Of a stretch of DNA of 64,000 bases, positions 27,208 through 37,589 are shown one piece after another; position 1 is the first letter of the stretch, and every line of letters begins with the position of its first letter. The notes under the pieces are model-generated. The model searched no databases and was not told the origin of the DNA. It worked only from the letters and a program-made list of their open reading frames with translations. The position numbers and the translations under genes were made by a program. The stretch is from NCBI GenBank assembly GCA_965140445.1, contig OZ223236.1, positions 1,120,001-1,184,000 on the forward strand, given 5' to 3'. Source of the DNA: Candidatus Ozemobacteraceae bacterium. Lineage in GTDB: Bacteria; Muiribacteriota; Ozemobacteria; Ozemobacterales; Ozemobacteraceae.

Positions 27208-28758
27208 ATTAAAAAGAGCCTGAGACAATTTATTTTATTGCTCATCATCGGCCAGATTTTTCTGGTTGGTGCAATAATTCAATCCGATAAGGTTCATTTT
27301 TCAGATGTTCCAGCCATAGAAGATGCAGAGATTCAGTATGACATGGATCTTCCAGAAGGTCTTGGAGATGAAATGTCTGAAAACGATTCAGATGTAGAAG
27401 ATTGTAAAGACTGCAGCCTGGATGAAGTCGCAATTAATCGGTTGATCTTTAGGGAAGAGAAGCCATTTGAGGTTTTGGATCTGGAACTTGGGCGTAAGGT
27501 TAAGATTTTCAAGAAAAACCAGGGCGGAAAACTGCTTAGGTTAAGGATAATGCCTACTATCGAAGCTATTAACTCCCAGGATATGCAGAAGATTAATTCT
27601 AAATTTTCCAAGTTTTCGGTCCATAGAACTGATAAATACACAGAATTTGTTATTTCTGCCCATGGTAGAGTTGGGAATCCATATGTTGCAACTTCATCAG
27701 AAGGCCTGTTTCGTTTAAGTATTCCATTTCAATTAGAAGACAAAAGTTTTATTCTTCCTGTTACTAAGAGAGTTGCAGAAGGAGTTACTTTTCACAAAGA
27801 TAGAGTTCCGATAGGAAAAAGATTCTCAGATGTTTTTGTGCTTAGAGTTCAACCATTTGCTGAATCTATAAAAGTTATTCCTGTTTTAGCCAACGAAGGT
27901 ATTGCACAAAAAGAAGTTCTTTCTTCAATGGCCAAAAGGTATAATGCAATTGCTGCAATAAATGGTGCTTATTTCACTTCCAGAGGAGACCCTATAGGAA
28001 CCCTGATTATAAACAGGCATCTTATAAGTTCTCCACTTTACAAGCGTTCGGTTTTTGGTGTTACTGAAAAATCTGAAGTAGTTTTTGGTAATCCTGACTT
28101 TTCAGGGCGATTAATTTCATCAAAACTAAATATGAAAATTGACGCTGTAAATCAGCCTAGAAGAGGTAATCAAGTCGTTGTCTATACTCCAGAATATTCG
28201 AGAAGCACTCTTACAACCGAACCCGGAGTAGAACTCGTTCTGGTCAAAGGAAAAGTGGTTGGGATACACGCTAGAGACACATTAATTCCCCCTGATGGAG
28301 TTGTTGTTTCAGCGGGTGGTGAAAGTTCTACTAAATTAGCAGGCATTCGGCTTGGAGAAAAAGTAGAATTAGATTATTCTATCGATAAGCCATGGGATTT
28401 AATTAAACATGCTGTTTGTGGTGGCCCAAGGTTGCTTTCTGATGGAAAAATAGATATAAACGGTGATGAAGAAAAATTCAGCAGCTCAATTGTGTACGGA
28501 AGACATCCTAGAACCGCTATAGCATTGACCTTTGATGGAGATTTACTATTGGTCGTTGTTGATGGCAGATCAAAGAGAAATTCAGGAATGAAGCTAAAAG
28601 AACTTGCAACCTACTTAAAGCGTTTGGGGGCAAGACATGCTATTAATCTGGATGGTGGAGGGTCTACTTCAATGATTGTTAATGGTAAAACTATAAATAA
28701 GCCTTCAGATGGAAGGGAGCGTAGAATTTCTAACGGAATTCTCATAACCGGGAAATAA
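27208..28758 (+). CDS. Phosphodiester glycosidase (NAGPA/DUF2233) family secreted protein
   Basis: AAINGAYF, GGPRLL, RHPRTAI, VDGR, NLDGGGST; start is ATT 27208 or TTG 27238. Confidence 0.88.
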   Translation: MKKSLRQFILLLIIGQIFLVGAIIQSDKVHFSDVPAIEDAEIQYDMDLPEGLGDEMSENDSDVEDCKDCSLDEVAINRLIFREEKPFEVLDLELGRKVKIFKKNQGGKLLRLRIMPTIEAINSQDMQKINSKFSKFSVHRTDKYTEFVISAHGRVGNPYVATSSEGLFRLSIPFQLEDKSFILPVTKRVAEGVTFHKDRVPIGKRFSDVFVLRVQPFAESIKVIPVLANEGIAQKEVLSSMAKRYNAIAAINGAYFTSRGDPIGTLIINRHLISSPLYKRSVFGVTEKSEVVFGNPDFSGRLISSKLNMKIDAVNQPRRGNQVVVYTPEYSRSTLTTEPGVELVLVKGKVVGIHARDTLIPPDGVVVSAGGESSTKLAGIRLGEKVELDYSIDKPWDLIKHAVCGGPRLLSDGKIDINGDEEKFSSSIVYGRHPRTAIALTFDGDLLLVVVDGRSKRNSGMKLKELATYLKRLGARHAINLDGGGSTSMIVNGKTINKPSDGRERRISNGILITGK

Positions 28759-28759
28759 A

Positions 28760-30598
28760 ATGAAAACTTTGATGAGGATAATTTCAATTCTAGGAATATT
28801 TACTTTTGCTACATCGGTAGCAATAGCTGGAACAACCCAGTTTATGCCACTTAAAGATGTAAAAGTCGGAATGAAAGGCAAAGGGAAAACGGTTGTTGCT
28901 GGGCAAAAGATAGAGGAATTTGATGTAGAAATTCTTGGAATTCTTGCTAACAATAAAATCAATGAAAACCTTTTAATAACAGGTAAATCAATCCTGGTGA
29001 AGGTTGGTGGGGATGTTATCAAAAGAGCAGGTGGAATTGCTGCTGGAATGAGCGGAAGTCCTGTTTATATTGATGGAAAACTCATTGGGGGAATTAGTTC
29101 CGGATGGGTTATGACTGATCACACTGTTGGATTAATTACACCAATTGATGAAATGCTTGCCATTTGGGATTATCCGGAACTTGCTGAAGTGAAGCAAAAA
29201 CACACCCCTCTTAGATGGGATCTGGAAAAGCCAGTTAAGGTTGGTAGTCGATTAATTGAAAAGGTTCTTGAATATTCTTCTGTTGAGACAGCCTGTGCTG
29301 CAAATGTGGACAGTAGAACCCTTTGTTTTGCCAATGTTGGAGGCCCAATTTTTGTTGATGGCTTAAATGCGCGTGCAATTGGTGTTTTAGAAAGAAAGTT
29401 TGGAAAGAATAGAATTAGAGCAATTAGAAAATCAATCCCCGGAGTTACTTTGATATCTGAACAGCCAAAGTTTGCAGATTTTACTGCAAGTGGAACTATT
29501 GAGCCTGGCTCTGCGATAGGAATTCAGTTGGCAAGGGGAGATATCAATCTTTCTACCCTGGGAACACTCACCCATAAAGATGGCAAAAAGGTTCTTGCCC
29601 TTTCTCACTCCTTTTTGAAAAAAGGCAGAGTCTCATTCCTCATGACCGGAGCGCGAATTTACCATTCATTTTCAAGTGTTGAAATGCCCTTTAAAATTGG
29701 AGCACCGACGGAAATGATTGGAACTGTTAACCAGGATAGAGAAAAGGGCGTAAGTGGGGAAATAGGCAAGCTGCCAGAAATGGTGCCTGTTCAGATTGAT
29801 GTTTTAGACAAGGATTTACAAAGAACAAAAAGTATTAACTATCAAATTGTTAGAGACCCTTCTGTTTTTATAACAGTTCTTGAATCGACTCTAATGCAGG
29901 CTCTGGAGTCTGTAATAGATAGAGAAGGCGCTGGAACTGCTCAGATGGGAATATCTATGGAATGCAGTAATAAAGAAGGTGAGAAATATAATTTCAGAAG
30001 AGAAAATATGTTTTTCTCAAAAACTGATATTTCCCACTCTCTAGTATCTGAGATTGTTTCAGTGATGGAAATGATCACAGAAAGTGAAATTGAAGAAGTT
30101 TTTCCAACCAGACTTTTGCTAAAGGTAGAAGTTGAAAAGCGTAGAAAAACTGTTTCAATTGAAAAAATTGAAGTGAAAAACAGTTCTATAACCAGCGGAG
30201 GAGTTCTTGACGTTGAAGTAACCTTAAGACCATTCCGCGAAAAAAGTTTTGTCAGGAAAGTAAAAATTCCAATTCCACAGGAAATTGGTAAGGAAAATTT
30301 AACTTTATCTGTTTACGGATTGAACATGAGAGCCGATGAAGCAGATATGTCAACTGATACCAGAGAAGGAAAACTTGCTAGAGACAGTAAGTCGGAAGAG
30401 CCTGCACCAGCAGATTTTGACTCGGCAATCAGAAGTTGGGCTAATAATCCCAAAAACTCAGATTTATTATTTCAACTTACGGTAGATGGCGATGAGATGA
30501 AGAAAGTTAAGCTTAATGGTAAAGATTTTGAAATTCAGCCGACGAACCTTGTTGTTACAGGCCGAGTTGATACGACTCTTACTCTCAGTGAGGAATAG
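28760..30598 (+). CDS. SpoIVB peptidase S55 domain protein
   Basis: Signal peptide, GMKG.GKTV..G..IEEF.VE, GIAAGMSGSPVY.DGKLIG. Confidence 0.88.
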   Translation: MKTLMRIISILGIFTFATSVAIAGTTQFMPLKDVKVGMKGKGKTVVAGQKIEEFDVEILGILANNKINENLLITGKSILVKVGGDVIKRAGGIAAGMSGSPVYIDGKLIGGISSGWVMTDHTVGLITPIDEMLAIWDYPELAEVKQKHTPLRWDLEKPVKVGSRLIEKVLEYSSVETACAANVDSRTLCFANVGGPIFVDGLNARAIGVLERKFGKNRIRAIRKSIPGVTLISEQPKFADFTASGTIEPGSAIGIQLARGDINLSTLGTLTHKDGKKVLALSHSFLKKGRVSFLMTGARIYHSFSSVEMPFKIGAPTEMIGTVNQDREKGVSGEIGKLPEMVPVQIDVLDKDLQRTKSINYQIVRDPSVFITVLESTLMQALESVIDREGAGTAQMGISMECSNKEGEKYNFRRENMFFSKTDISHSLVSEIVSVMEMITESEIEEVFPTRLLLKVEVEKRRKTVSIEKIEVKNSSITSGGVLDVEVTLRPFREKSFVRKVKIPIPQEIGKENLTLSVYGLNMRADEADMSTDTREGKLARDSKSEEPAPADFDSAIRSWANNPKNSDLLFQLTVDGDEMKKVKLNGKDFEIQPTNLVVTGRVDTTLTLSEE

Positions 30599-30604
30599 TA
30601 ATTA

Positions 30605-31396
30605 ATGATAATCAAAGAAATGGCAACTGGCTGGATAAAGGCACTTGGTAGTACGGCCATTCTGTTCATGCAGACCATATATTGGACTATTAAAAACATT
30701 AAGGATGGTAAATTTTCTACCAAAAATCTTATTGATCAAATGTCTAGAATCGGTGTTGATTCTCTTTCAATGGTTGCTATTACAGGATTTTCAACTGGGG
30801 CTGTTCTGGTTGTTCAAATCGGATCTCAGTTTGCTCAAATGGGAGCCCAAAGATATGTTGGAGGAGTTGTGAGTCTGGCTATGGCAAGAGAACTTGCTCC
30901 TATTCTTACTTCTATTGTTGTAGCGGGGCGCGTAGGAAGTGCCATTGCCGCAGAAATAGGCACTATGAAAATTACAGAGCAGATTGATGCTCTTGAAACT
31001 ATGGCTACTAACCCGGTAGATTACCTCGTTGTACCTAGATTCTGGGGCTGCACGATAATGCTTTTCCTTTTAACCATTTTTACCAATGTAATCGGAATGA
31101 TTGGCGGTTCATTGGTTGCGATCCATCAGATCGGTCTGACTCTAATTGCCTTTAAAGAATCGATTCTTCAAATGCTTTTAATTCAGGATCTGATGGGCGG
31201 ATTGTTTAAAGCATGCATTTTTGGTGCAGTAATAGCAATTATCGGCTGCTATAAGGGCTTTACAACAGAAGGCGGCGCAGAAGGGGTTGGAGAAAGCACA
31301 ACCAGCGCGGTTGTTGTTTCCATTATGATGATATTGGCAATTAATTACTTCCTGACCGTAGGTATAAACAACTTTAACATGGCATACATGCAATGA
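30605..31396 (+). CDS. mlaE: MlaE-family ABC permease
   Basis: RELAPILT..VVAGRVGS..AAEIGTMK.TEQIDAL; GGAEGVG..TT. Confidence 0.93.
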   Translation: MIIKEMATGWIKALGSTAILFMQTIYWTIKNIKDGKFSTKNLIDQMSRIGVDSLSMVAITGFSTGAVLVVQIGSQFAQMGAQRYVGGVVSLAMARELAPILTSIVVAGRVGSAIAAEIGTMKITEQIDALETMATNPVDYLVVPRFWGCTIMLFLLTIFTNVIGMIGGSLVAIHQIGLTLIAFKESILQMLLIQDLMGGLFKACIFGAVIAIIGCYKGFTTEGGAEGVGESTTSAVVVSIMMILAINYFLTVGINNFNMAYMQ

Positions 31397-32139
31397 TTAT
31401 TATTTCAAATTTACACAAAAGTTTTGGACCCAAAAAGGTTTTAAAAGGAATTAACCTTAAAATTTATGATGGGGAATCTCTAGTTATTCTTGGCCCCTCA
31501 GGTTGTGGGAAAAGTGTTTTGCTTAAAAACATTATCGGGCTTATGAAACCTGACAGTGGTCAGGTTATTATTGACGGTGAGGACATTACCAGATTCAGTC
31601 AAAATAGACTGGACGCACTTAGAATGAGAATGGGCATGTTGTTTCAATCAGCCGCTCTTTTTGATTCTTTAAATGTTGAAGAAAATATTGCTTTTGGGCT
31701 TAGGCGTCATACGACTCTGTCAGACCTGGCAATTCATCATATTGTTTCAGAAAAACTTGAACTGGTTGGATTACCTGGAACCAACTATCTTATGCCATCA
31801 GAGTTGTCTGGCGGTATGAGAAAGAGGGTGGGCCTGGCCAGAGCTATTGCAATGGAGCCGGAAATGATTCTTTACGATGAACCAACTACTGGACTTGATC
31901 CAATTATGACCTCAGCTATTGATGAGTTGCATCTAAGTTTGAAAAAAAGGCTAGGGGTTACTTCAATTGTTGTTACTCACGATCTGAAATCAGCTTACCG
32001 AGTTTGTGATCGTATTGCACTGCACTTTGGTGGAGAAATTGTGGAAATTGGAACTAAAGAGGAAATAATTAATTCCCCTAATCCTTTTGTTCAGCAATTC
32101 ATTAAAGGCGAAGCCCGCGGGCCAATGAACTTGGTATAA
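31393..32139 (+). CDS. mlaF: MlaF-family ABC ATPase
   Basis: GPSGCGKS, LFQSAALFDS, ELSGGMRKRV, YDEPTTGLDP; ATGA overlap with mlaE. Confidence 0.93.
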   Translation: MIIISNLHKSFGPKKVLKGINLKIYDGESLVILGPSGCGKSVLLKNIIGLMKPDSGQVIIDGEDITRFSQNRLDALRMRMGMLFQSAALFDSLNVEENIAFGLRRHTTLSDLAIHHIVSEKLELVGLPGTNYLMPSELSGGMRKRVGLARAIAMEPEMILYDEPTTGLDPIMTSAIDELHLSLKKRLGVTSIVVTHDLKSAYRVCDRIALHFGGEIVEIGTKEEIINSPNPFVQQFIKGEARGPMNLV

Positions 32140-32158
32140 GAGGATACAGGAGAACCAT

Positions 32159-33541
32159 ATGAACTCAACATTCAAAGTAGGAATTATGACTCTGTGCGCA
32201 GCAGCTTTGCTGGGCTATATGGTCTTTGTTATTGGGGATTTTAGCTTTTCTGATCAAGGATACAGATTTGTTATCAGCTTCTTCTCTGTAAACGGATTAA
32301 GCAAGGGTTCAAACGTATCTATGTCGGGCGTGAAGATCGGTAAGGTAGAAAAAATTGAGATCAGAGACGACCAGGTTTATGTACATTGTTTCGTTCAGAA
32401 TAACAAATACCACGTCAGAAGAAAAAGCACTTATACCATTACAACCGCTGGTTTGATGGGTGAAAAATATGTGGAAATTATGCCAACCCGCGATTATACC
32501 TCCCCCTACATTTCAGACGGAGAGGTTGTTCCTGGAACTGATCCAACTCGTATGGATGAAATCTTTGAACAAGGCAATGTCTTGATCCAGAAACTTCAGG
32601 AATTAACGGCTTCTGCAAAAGATATTATTGGAGACCCAGAGCTTAAAGATAATACCAGGGCTATGTTCAGAAATGCCCGAGAAGCTTCTGATAAGCTTAA
32701 TGAAATTGTTGCTTCTTTAAGATCCAGAAGCGACAGCATTGCAGCTAGTTTGGATAATATCCTTCACAAGGTTGATGTGGAAATAGACAATAGCAAAGAT
32801 GATTTGCGAGCCATGATTGCAAATTTCAAATCCTTTAGCGAAAAACTCACCAAAATTACCGGGGATAATCGTGAAAACATTAAGGAAATTGTTCAGAACA
32901 TAAAAAGCACAACTGACAGCTTAGATAAGATGATTGAACAACTTAATAAAAACAATAAGATGACTGATGATTTAAGAGCAACAATTGAATCACTTAGAGA
33001 TGCATCTGATAATGCCAAACTAATAACTAAAGAAGTTAAAGAGATTGTTGCCGACAAAGAAATCAGAAGTAAAATCAATACCGGCCTTGATGATGCTCAT
33101 AAGCTTGCTCAGGCTGTTGATAAAGTATTCTTGAATATCAAACAAACCAGAGTCGATTTCAAATATCTTTTGAGATATCACAAGAAACAGGAAAAATTCT
33201 TCTCAGATTTAACTGTTGATCTATATCCAAGTGACTCAACCTTCTACAGGTTTGGTGTGGAAGACATTGGTGGCCAAGATCATTTCAACATGATGGTAGC
33301 CAGAGATGCTGACACTGCACTTGTTAAGAGAGCCGGAATTATTAGCTCAAAAGTTGGTTTGGGTGTGGATTACTATCTTGCCAAGGAGCTTAGCTTAAGC
33401 TTTGATTTCATTGATACTACCGATTCTGAAGTTAGATTTAAAGCTGGTTACGGGATTAATAGTAACGCAAGGCTTGAACTTCGTGTAGACGATATCCTGG
33501 ATAAAAAGGAAGTGAATGTAGGCCTTGAATACAAGTTCTAA
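32159..33541 (+). CDS. mlaD: MlaD/MCE protein with long helical stalk and C-terminal beta-barrel-like domain
   Basis: N-terminal TM, MCE (GL..GS.V.MSGVKIGKV; GLMGEKYVEI.P), heptad-rich middle, amphipathic strands ending GLEYKF. Confidence 0.88.
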   Translation: MNSTFKVGIMTLCAAALLGYMVFVIGDFSFSDQGYRFVISFFSVNGLSKGSNVSMSGVKIGKVEKIEIRDDQVYVHCFVQNNKYHVRRKSTYTITTAGLMGEKYVEIMPTRDYTSPYISDGEVVPGTDPTRMDEIFEQGNVLIQKLQELTASAKDIIGDPELKDNTRAMFRNAREASDKLNEIVASLRSRSDSIAASLDNILHKVDVEIDNSKDDLRAMIANFKSFSEKLTKITGDNRENIKEIVQNIKSTTDSLDKMIEQLNKNNKMTDDLRATIESLRDASDNAKLITKEVKEIVADKEIRSKINTGLDDAHKLAQAVDKVFLNIKQTRVDFKYLLRYHKKQEKFFSDLTVDLYPSDSTFYRFGVEDIGGQDHFNMMVARDADTALVKRAGIISSKVGLGVDYYLAKELSLSFDFIDTTDSEVRFKAGYGINSNARLELRVDDILDKKEVNVGLEYKF

Positions 33542-34610
33542 TCTTGGTAGCTGGCTAGCCAGCTCAAATAGCAGAACTGGTGGTGGATTAAAGGTTCACT
33601 ACCCAGTTCAGCAGAAACCAAAAATCCTGTTGGTAACAACTGGAGGAACGATAACCATGCTTCGTGGAGAAGATGGGAGTCTTATACCCTGCAAAGACGC
33701 TGATGGCTTAATCGAAAGAATTCCAGAGCTGGAAGCACTTGCAGATATAGACATTCTTTCGCTTGCCAACGTGGATTCGAGTAATCTTCAACCTGAGCTT
33801 TGGGTAAATCTTGGGCAAGCTATTTACAAAAGAATGGCTGCTTATGATGGCTTTGTGGTGACGCATGGTACTGATACTCTATGCTACACGTCCGCAGCTT
33901 TATCATTCATTTTACAGGAGCTTAACAAACCTGTTGTTCTGACGGGGTCGCAGGTTCCGCTGGAAGAAATTGGTTCTGACGGCCGAAGTAATCTGATTAA
34001 TGCTTTCAGGGTGGCTATTTCTGATATTGCTGAAGTTGCTGTGGTATTTGGGTCAATGATTATAAGAGGGACTAGAGCCAAAAAAACATCGGTTTTTGAT
34101 TTGCAGGCTTTTACCTCTGTCAATGATAACCCTCTGGGAACCATTGGCTTATCAATAAAGTTTAGCCCTTTCGCCAGACGAAGAAGCAGAAAAAAGCCTC
34201 TAATCAGAGCTTTTTTGAATGAAAATGTTGCAATGGTCCCTATTTATCCAGGTTTTAAGCCTGAAACGCTTAATTACTTAGCAGAAACTCACGATGGAAT
34301 TATTCTGGAAGGTTACGGAGCAGGAAATATTCCAAACGAGAAAAATTCACTGATTCCGGCAATAAAAGCTGCAACAGAAAAAAATGTGCCTGTTGTTGTT
34401 TGTACCCAATGTATTGTTGGATCAACTGAAATGGAACTTTATCAGGTTGGAAGAGCGGCGTTAGAAGCTGGTGCTATTCCGGCAATGGATATGACTCCTG
34501 AAACATCCCTGGTTAAGCTTATGTGGGTTCTCGGACAGACAGATGAGCTTGGCGTTATTGATTCAATGATGCAAAAGTCTTTTGTTGGTGAGTTGCACGA
34601 GGTTAGTTAA
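33525..34610 (+). CDS. ansA: Type I L-asparaginase
   Basis: TGGTI, HGTDT, TGSQ, G.GAGN; exact start uncertain. Confidence 0.9.
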   Translation: MNTSSNLGSWLASSNSRTGGGLKVHYPVQQKPKILLVTTGGTITMLRGEDGSLIPCKDADGLIERIPELEALADIDILSLANVDSSNLQPELWVNLGQAIYKRMAAYDGFVVTHGTDTLCYTSAALSFILQELNKPVVLTGSQVPLEEIGSDGRSNLINAFRVAISDIAEVAVVFGSMIIRGTRAKKTSVFDLQAFTSVNDNPLGTIGLSIKFSPFARRRSRKKPLIRAFLNENVAMVPIYPGFKPETLNYLAETHDGIILEGYGAGNIPNEKNSLIPAIKAATEKNVPVVVCTQCIVGSTEMELYQVGRAALEAGAIPAMDMTPETSLVKLMWVLGQTDELGVIDSMMQKSFVGELHEVS

Positions 34611-36080
34611 TTGAAAAAATGCGGAGAATGTGGGGAAAGAAGCATTGTGAGAACAGGCTTCTGCGTGGTTTGCGGTTCAAAACTTGAGTTTGCAGCCAAT
34701 AGTCGAAGAGCCAGAAGGCTCTTTTTCCTTACCCCATTTTTTATCGTCGCATTTTTTGCTTTTTTATTACTTGAATTGTCTGACAGTATTGGTTTTAATC
34801 TTGGAATAATCATCGGTGGAAACTTTGCTGTTTTATATCTTCTTGCTGGAACCATATTCTGGTTGGTTGCAAAAATAGCTAAGATAAGCGTGAGCTCTGA
34901 TTCTAAATGGAGAGTTGGCTTATTTACAGTTTCTCAGCTTATTCTCACTGGCTTAATGGCAATTTTGCTTGAGGATAAAGTTTTGCAAAGTTCAAACCAT
35001 TCTTTTTCCATAAGTGAATATGCCAGCCTAAAATGGCAAATCATATTAATGGCTTATCTGCCTGCTTTATTTACTGCTTATTTCACGCTATTCGCAAGAA
35101 AGACAAGATTTCGCCTGGAGACAAACCTGCCCGGAAGCAGATTTTATAAGATGTCCAGGTTTTTGATTTTCAACTCTTTGTTGTTGATGACTCTCGCTTC
35201 TTTTTTGTTATCGTCAATGATTTTTTTATTCAGCAGTCCCCAAAGAAGAGCGCTCTTAAAGGCCAGGGTCCTTAGTGATATCGGAGCAAATAAGGATGCT
35301 GAAAAAGCTATCGATACTGCTTTCTCTCTGGGTGAGCCTGACCCGGACCTCCTTTTTTTCAAAAGCGGGTTGGAGTTGGCAAAAATTGCTGAAAATAAAT
35401 CCAGTGTTGAATTAGCTTTAAAATTTTTAAATCAGGCTTTGGCCAAAGAACCAGAAAATACCTTGTTTTTACTTCGGCTAAGCACCGCTTATGAGTTGTC
35501 AGGAGATATCGAGAAAGCAGTTGAAGTTGCCTCAAATGCCGCTTTTATTGGTAAAACCGACTATATTTTATGGCAAAATCTTGGAGATTTGCAGTTAAAA
35601 GACCAGGATTTGGACGGAGCCGTACTTTCTTACAAAATGGCCCTCAAAAACTTTCCAGATAATCCAAGTTTGTTAAATAATTTGGCTTATACACTTCTTG
35701 AGCAGGGAAAGGAATTGCCTTTGGCTCTTGAGTTGGCAAGAAAATCAGTGGAAATTAGACCTGGAGCTGTTTACAACCTCGATACTCTGGCATGGGCTCT
35801 TTATAAAAATGGGCGTTTAAATGAATCCTTAGAAATTCTGAGTAAAATTTTTCAGGGTAGAACTGAAGTCAGTCCAGAGGTTGATTTCCATTATGCCGCC
35901 GTTTTATATGACCTCAAAATGCTTAAAGAGCCACTGGCAACCTTTAAGAAAATGCTTTCAAAACCCGAAGTAATTAATGATTACACTCTTTTTAAACAGA
36001 TCGATTTAAAGCTGAAAGAAGTGGAAAGCGATATGCAACAGAAAACAGATGGAAAAGAAAAGGGAGAAGGGAAAAAATGA
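34611..36080 (+). CDS. Zinc-ribbon, multi-TM, TPR protein
   Basis: CGEC..CVVC, about five hydrophobic segments, TPRs including LNNLAY..LDTLAWALY. Confidence 0.75.
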   Translation: MKKCGECGERSIVRTGFCVVCGSKLEFAANSRRARRLFFLTPFFIVAFFAFLLLELSDSIGFNLGIIIGGNFAVLYLLAGTIFWLVAKIAKISVSSDSKWRVGLFTVSQLILTGLMAILLEDKVLQSSNHSFSISEYASLKWQIILMAYLPALFTAYFTLFARKTRFRLETNLPGSRFYKMSRFLIFNSLLLMTLASFLLSSMIFLFSSPQRRALLKARVLSDIGANKDAEKAIDTAFSLGEPDPDLLFFKSGLELAKIAENKSSVELALKFLNQALAKEPENTLFLLRLSTAYELSGDIEKAVEVASNAAFIGKTDYILWQNLGDLQLKDQDLDGAVLSYKMALKNFPDNPSLLNNLAYTLLEQGKELPLALELARKSVEIRPGAVYNLDTLAWALYKNGRLNESLEILSKIFQGRTEVSPEVDFHYAAVLYDLKMLKEPLATFKKMLSKPEVINDYTLFKQIDLKLKEVESDMQQKTDGKEKGEGKK

Positions 36081-37372
36081 TTCTAAACAGAAGCTTTGCT
36101 CGGCTAACCTTTAAAACCTTTTTGCTGGTAAGTTTGTTTTCTCTGATTTTCTCAAGTCAGGTTTTAGCTGTTTTGCATATCGATACCAGCTATACGGGTA
36201 AGTTCAGAAATACCGCTGAATTTGCCAAAATAATGGCTGACTTGCCCTTTGTTTATCAGGAAGCTTTTCAGAAGATTCAAAAATCGCTCGGAATTCCTGT
36301 TAGAGAACAGATGTATGTAATTGTTATGTTCTCTGATCACTTGACCTATAACGGATTTAGGCTAAGGGGAAAGAGACAGTCAATTCGAACTGCCAATCGT
36401 GCCATGATTCATTACATACATTTAGATCTTGAGTTTTTAATTTCTGGCCAGGCAACACTGTTAGAAGAACTGACCCACGAGATGACTCATGCCGTCATGG
36501 CTGATTCAATGGGGCTTGCTCAATATGATCGTTTACCCATGTGGGTTAAAGAGGGAACTGCTGTTCACACCGCCGATCAGGGGTTGGCACGAATTAAAGC
36601 CCTAACTAGAAAAGGGTTCGACATTAACAAGATTGGAAGTGAAGATGAAAATGTTGACGGTAATCCAATCTCGTTAGACAAGTATGTTGAGAATTACCTG
36701 AAAATAAGATTTTTGTTAAAAACATTTGGCAGTAATGCTTTACATCGATTTGTTAAAAGGCTGATGAAATCTGGAAATGTTCAGTTAGAGTTAAGTGTTT
36801 GTTTCAATGGCCTGACAGAAGAAGTTATGAATCAGTATTCGCAGGATTTTATAAAGCGAACTTTGATAGATAATAGTCGACCAATACAGGCAAAAGAAAA
36901 TCTCTATCGCGGTATAAAGTTTTTTGACGAAGGCGAATATCTTTCATCAAGAATAGCTTTGGCGGATGCTATTTATGGAGGTCTGTCTGACTCTGAATTT
37001 CAAAAAGCTGCATTTCTTCTTGCCGAATGCTACATTCAGGAAAGAAACCCTCAAGGTGCACTAAATCTACTAAAACAGATTCACCCAGATCCAGCTAACG
37101 TTCCAATGGATAGATATCAGTTTTTAAGCGCATATTCAGAATATGCTATGGGCTTGTGTACCAAAGCCTATTTTGGTTTTAAAACTGCTTTCGAAACTTC
37201 TAAAAACCAGGCCGTCCAAGAGGGTTCACTCTATTACATTATAAGAATCCTTGTTGAACTAAGAAATCAGCCAGAAGCATCCAGAGTACTTGGCCTGCTA
37301 AAGCAAAAATTTCCAAAAAGCGGCTATGTTGAGCTTGCCGGAAGAGTTTTAGCTCAAAGTGTAAGACCTTAA
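36077..37372 (+). CDS. Secreted gluzincin (peptidase MA-like) metallopeptidase with C-terminal TPRs
   Basis: Signal peptide; HEMTH...P.WVKEGTA zinc motif; TPR tail. Confidence 0.78.
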   Translation: MILNRSFARLTFKTFLLVSLFSLIFSSQVLAVLHIDTSYTGKFRNTAEFAKIMADLPFVYQEAFQKIQKSLGIPVREQMYVIVMFSDHLTYNGFRLRGKRQSIRTANRAMIHYIHLDLEFLISGQATLLEELTHEMTHAVMADSMGLAQYDRLPMWVKEGTAVHTADQGLARIKALTRKGFDINKIGSEDENVDGNPISLDKYVENYLKIRFLLKTFGSNALHRFVKRLMKSGNVQLELSVCFNGLTEEVMNQYSQDFIKRTLIDNSRPIQAKENLYRGIKFFDEGEYLSSRIALADAIYGGLSDSEFQKAAFLLAECYIQERNPQGALNLLKQIHPDPANVPMDRYQFLSAYSEYAMGLCTKAYFGFKTAFETSKNQAVQEGSLYYIIRILVELRNQPEASRVLGLLKQKFPKSGYVELAGRVLAQSVRP

Positions 37373-37589
37373 ATTCTGTCGCTATTAAACAAGAACCTGC
37401 TGTTGCAATTAGTATTTCTGGCAATTCTGTATTATAAATCCAATTATCAAATAGCTGATTTTATGCCTATTTCAAATTGCCTTAAAGTTGTTTAAGATTG
37501 ACACTTTCTTTCCTCCCATGTTACTTTTTTCCGTTGAAAAAGCTATTTGTGACCAGATTTATGGTTAATTTATTTTAAAGGTAATGATT

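Noticed and set aside
33525..33630. Possible non-canonical start or frameshift at the 5' end of ansA
   Set aside because: The TTG at 33525 overlapping mlaD is adequate; alternatives cannot be distinguished from sequence alone
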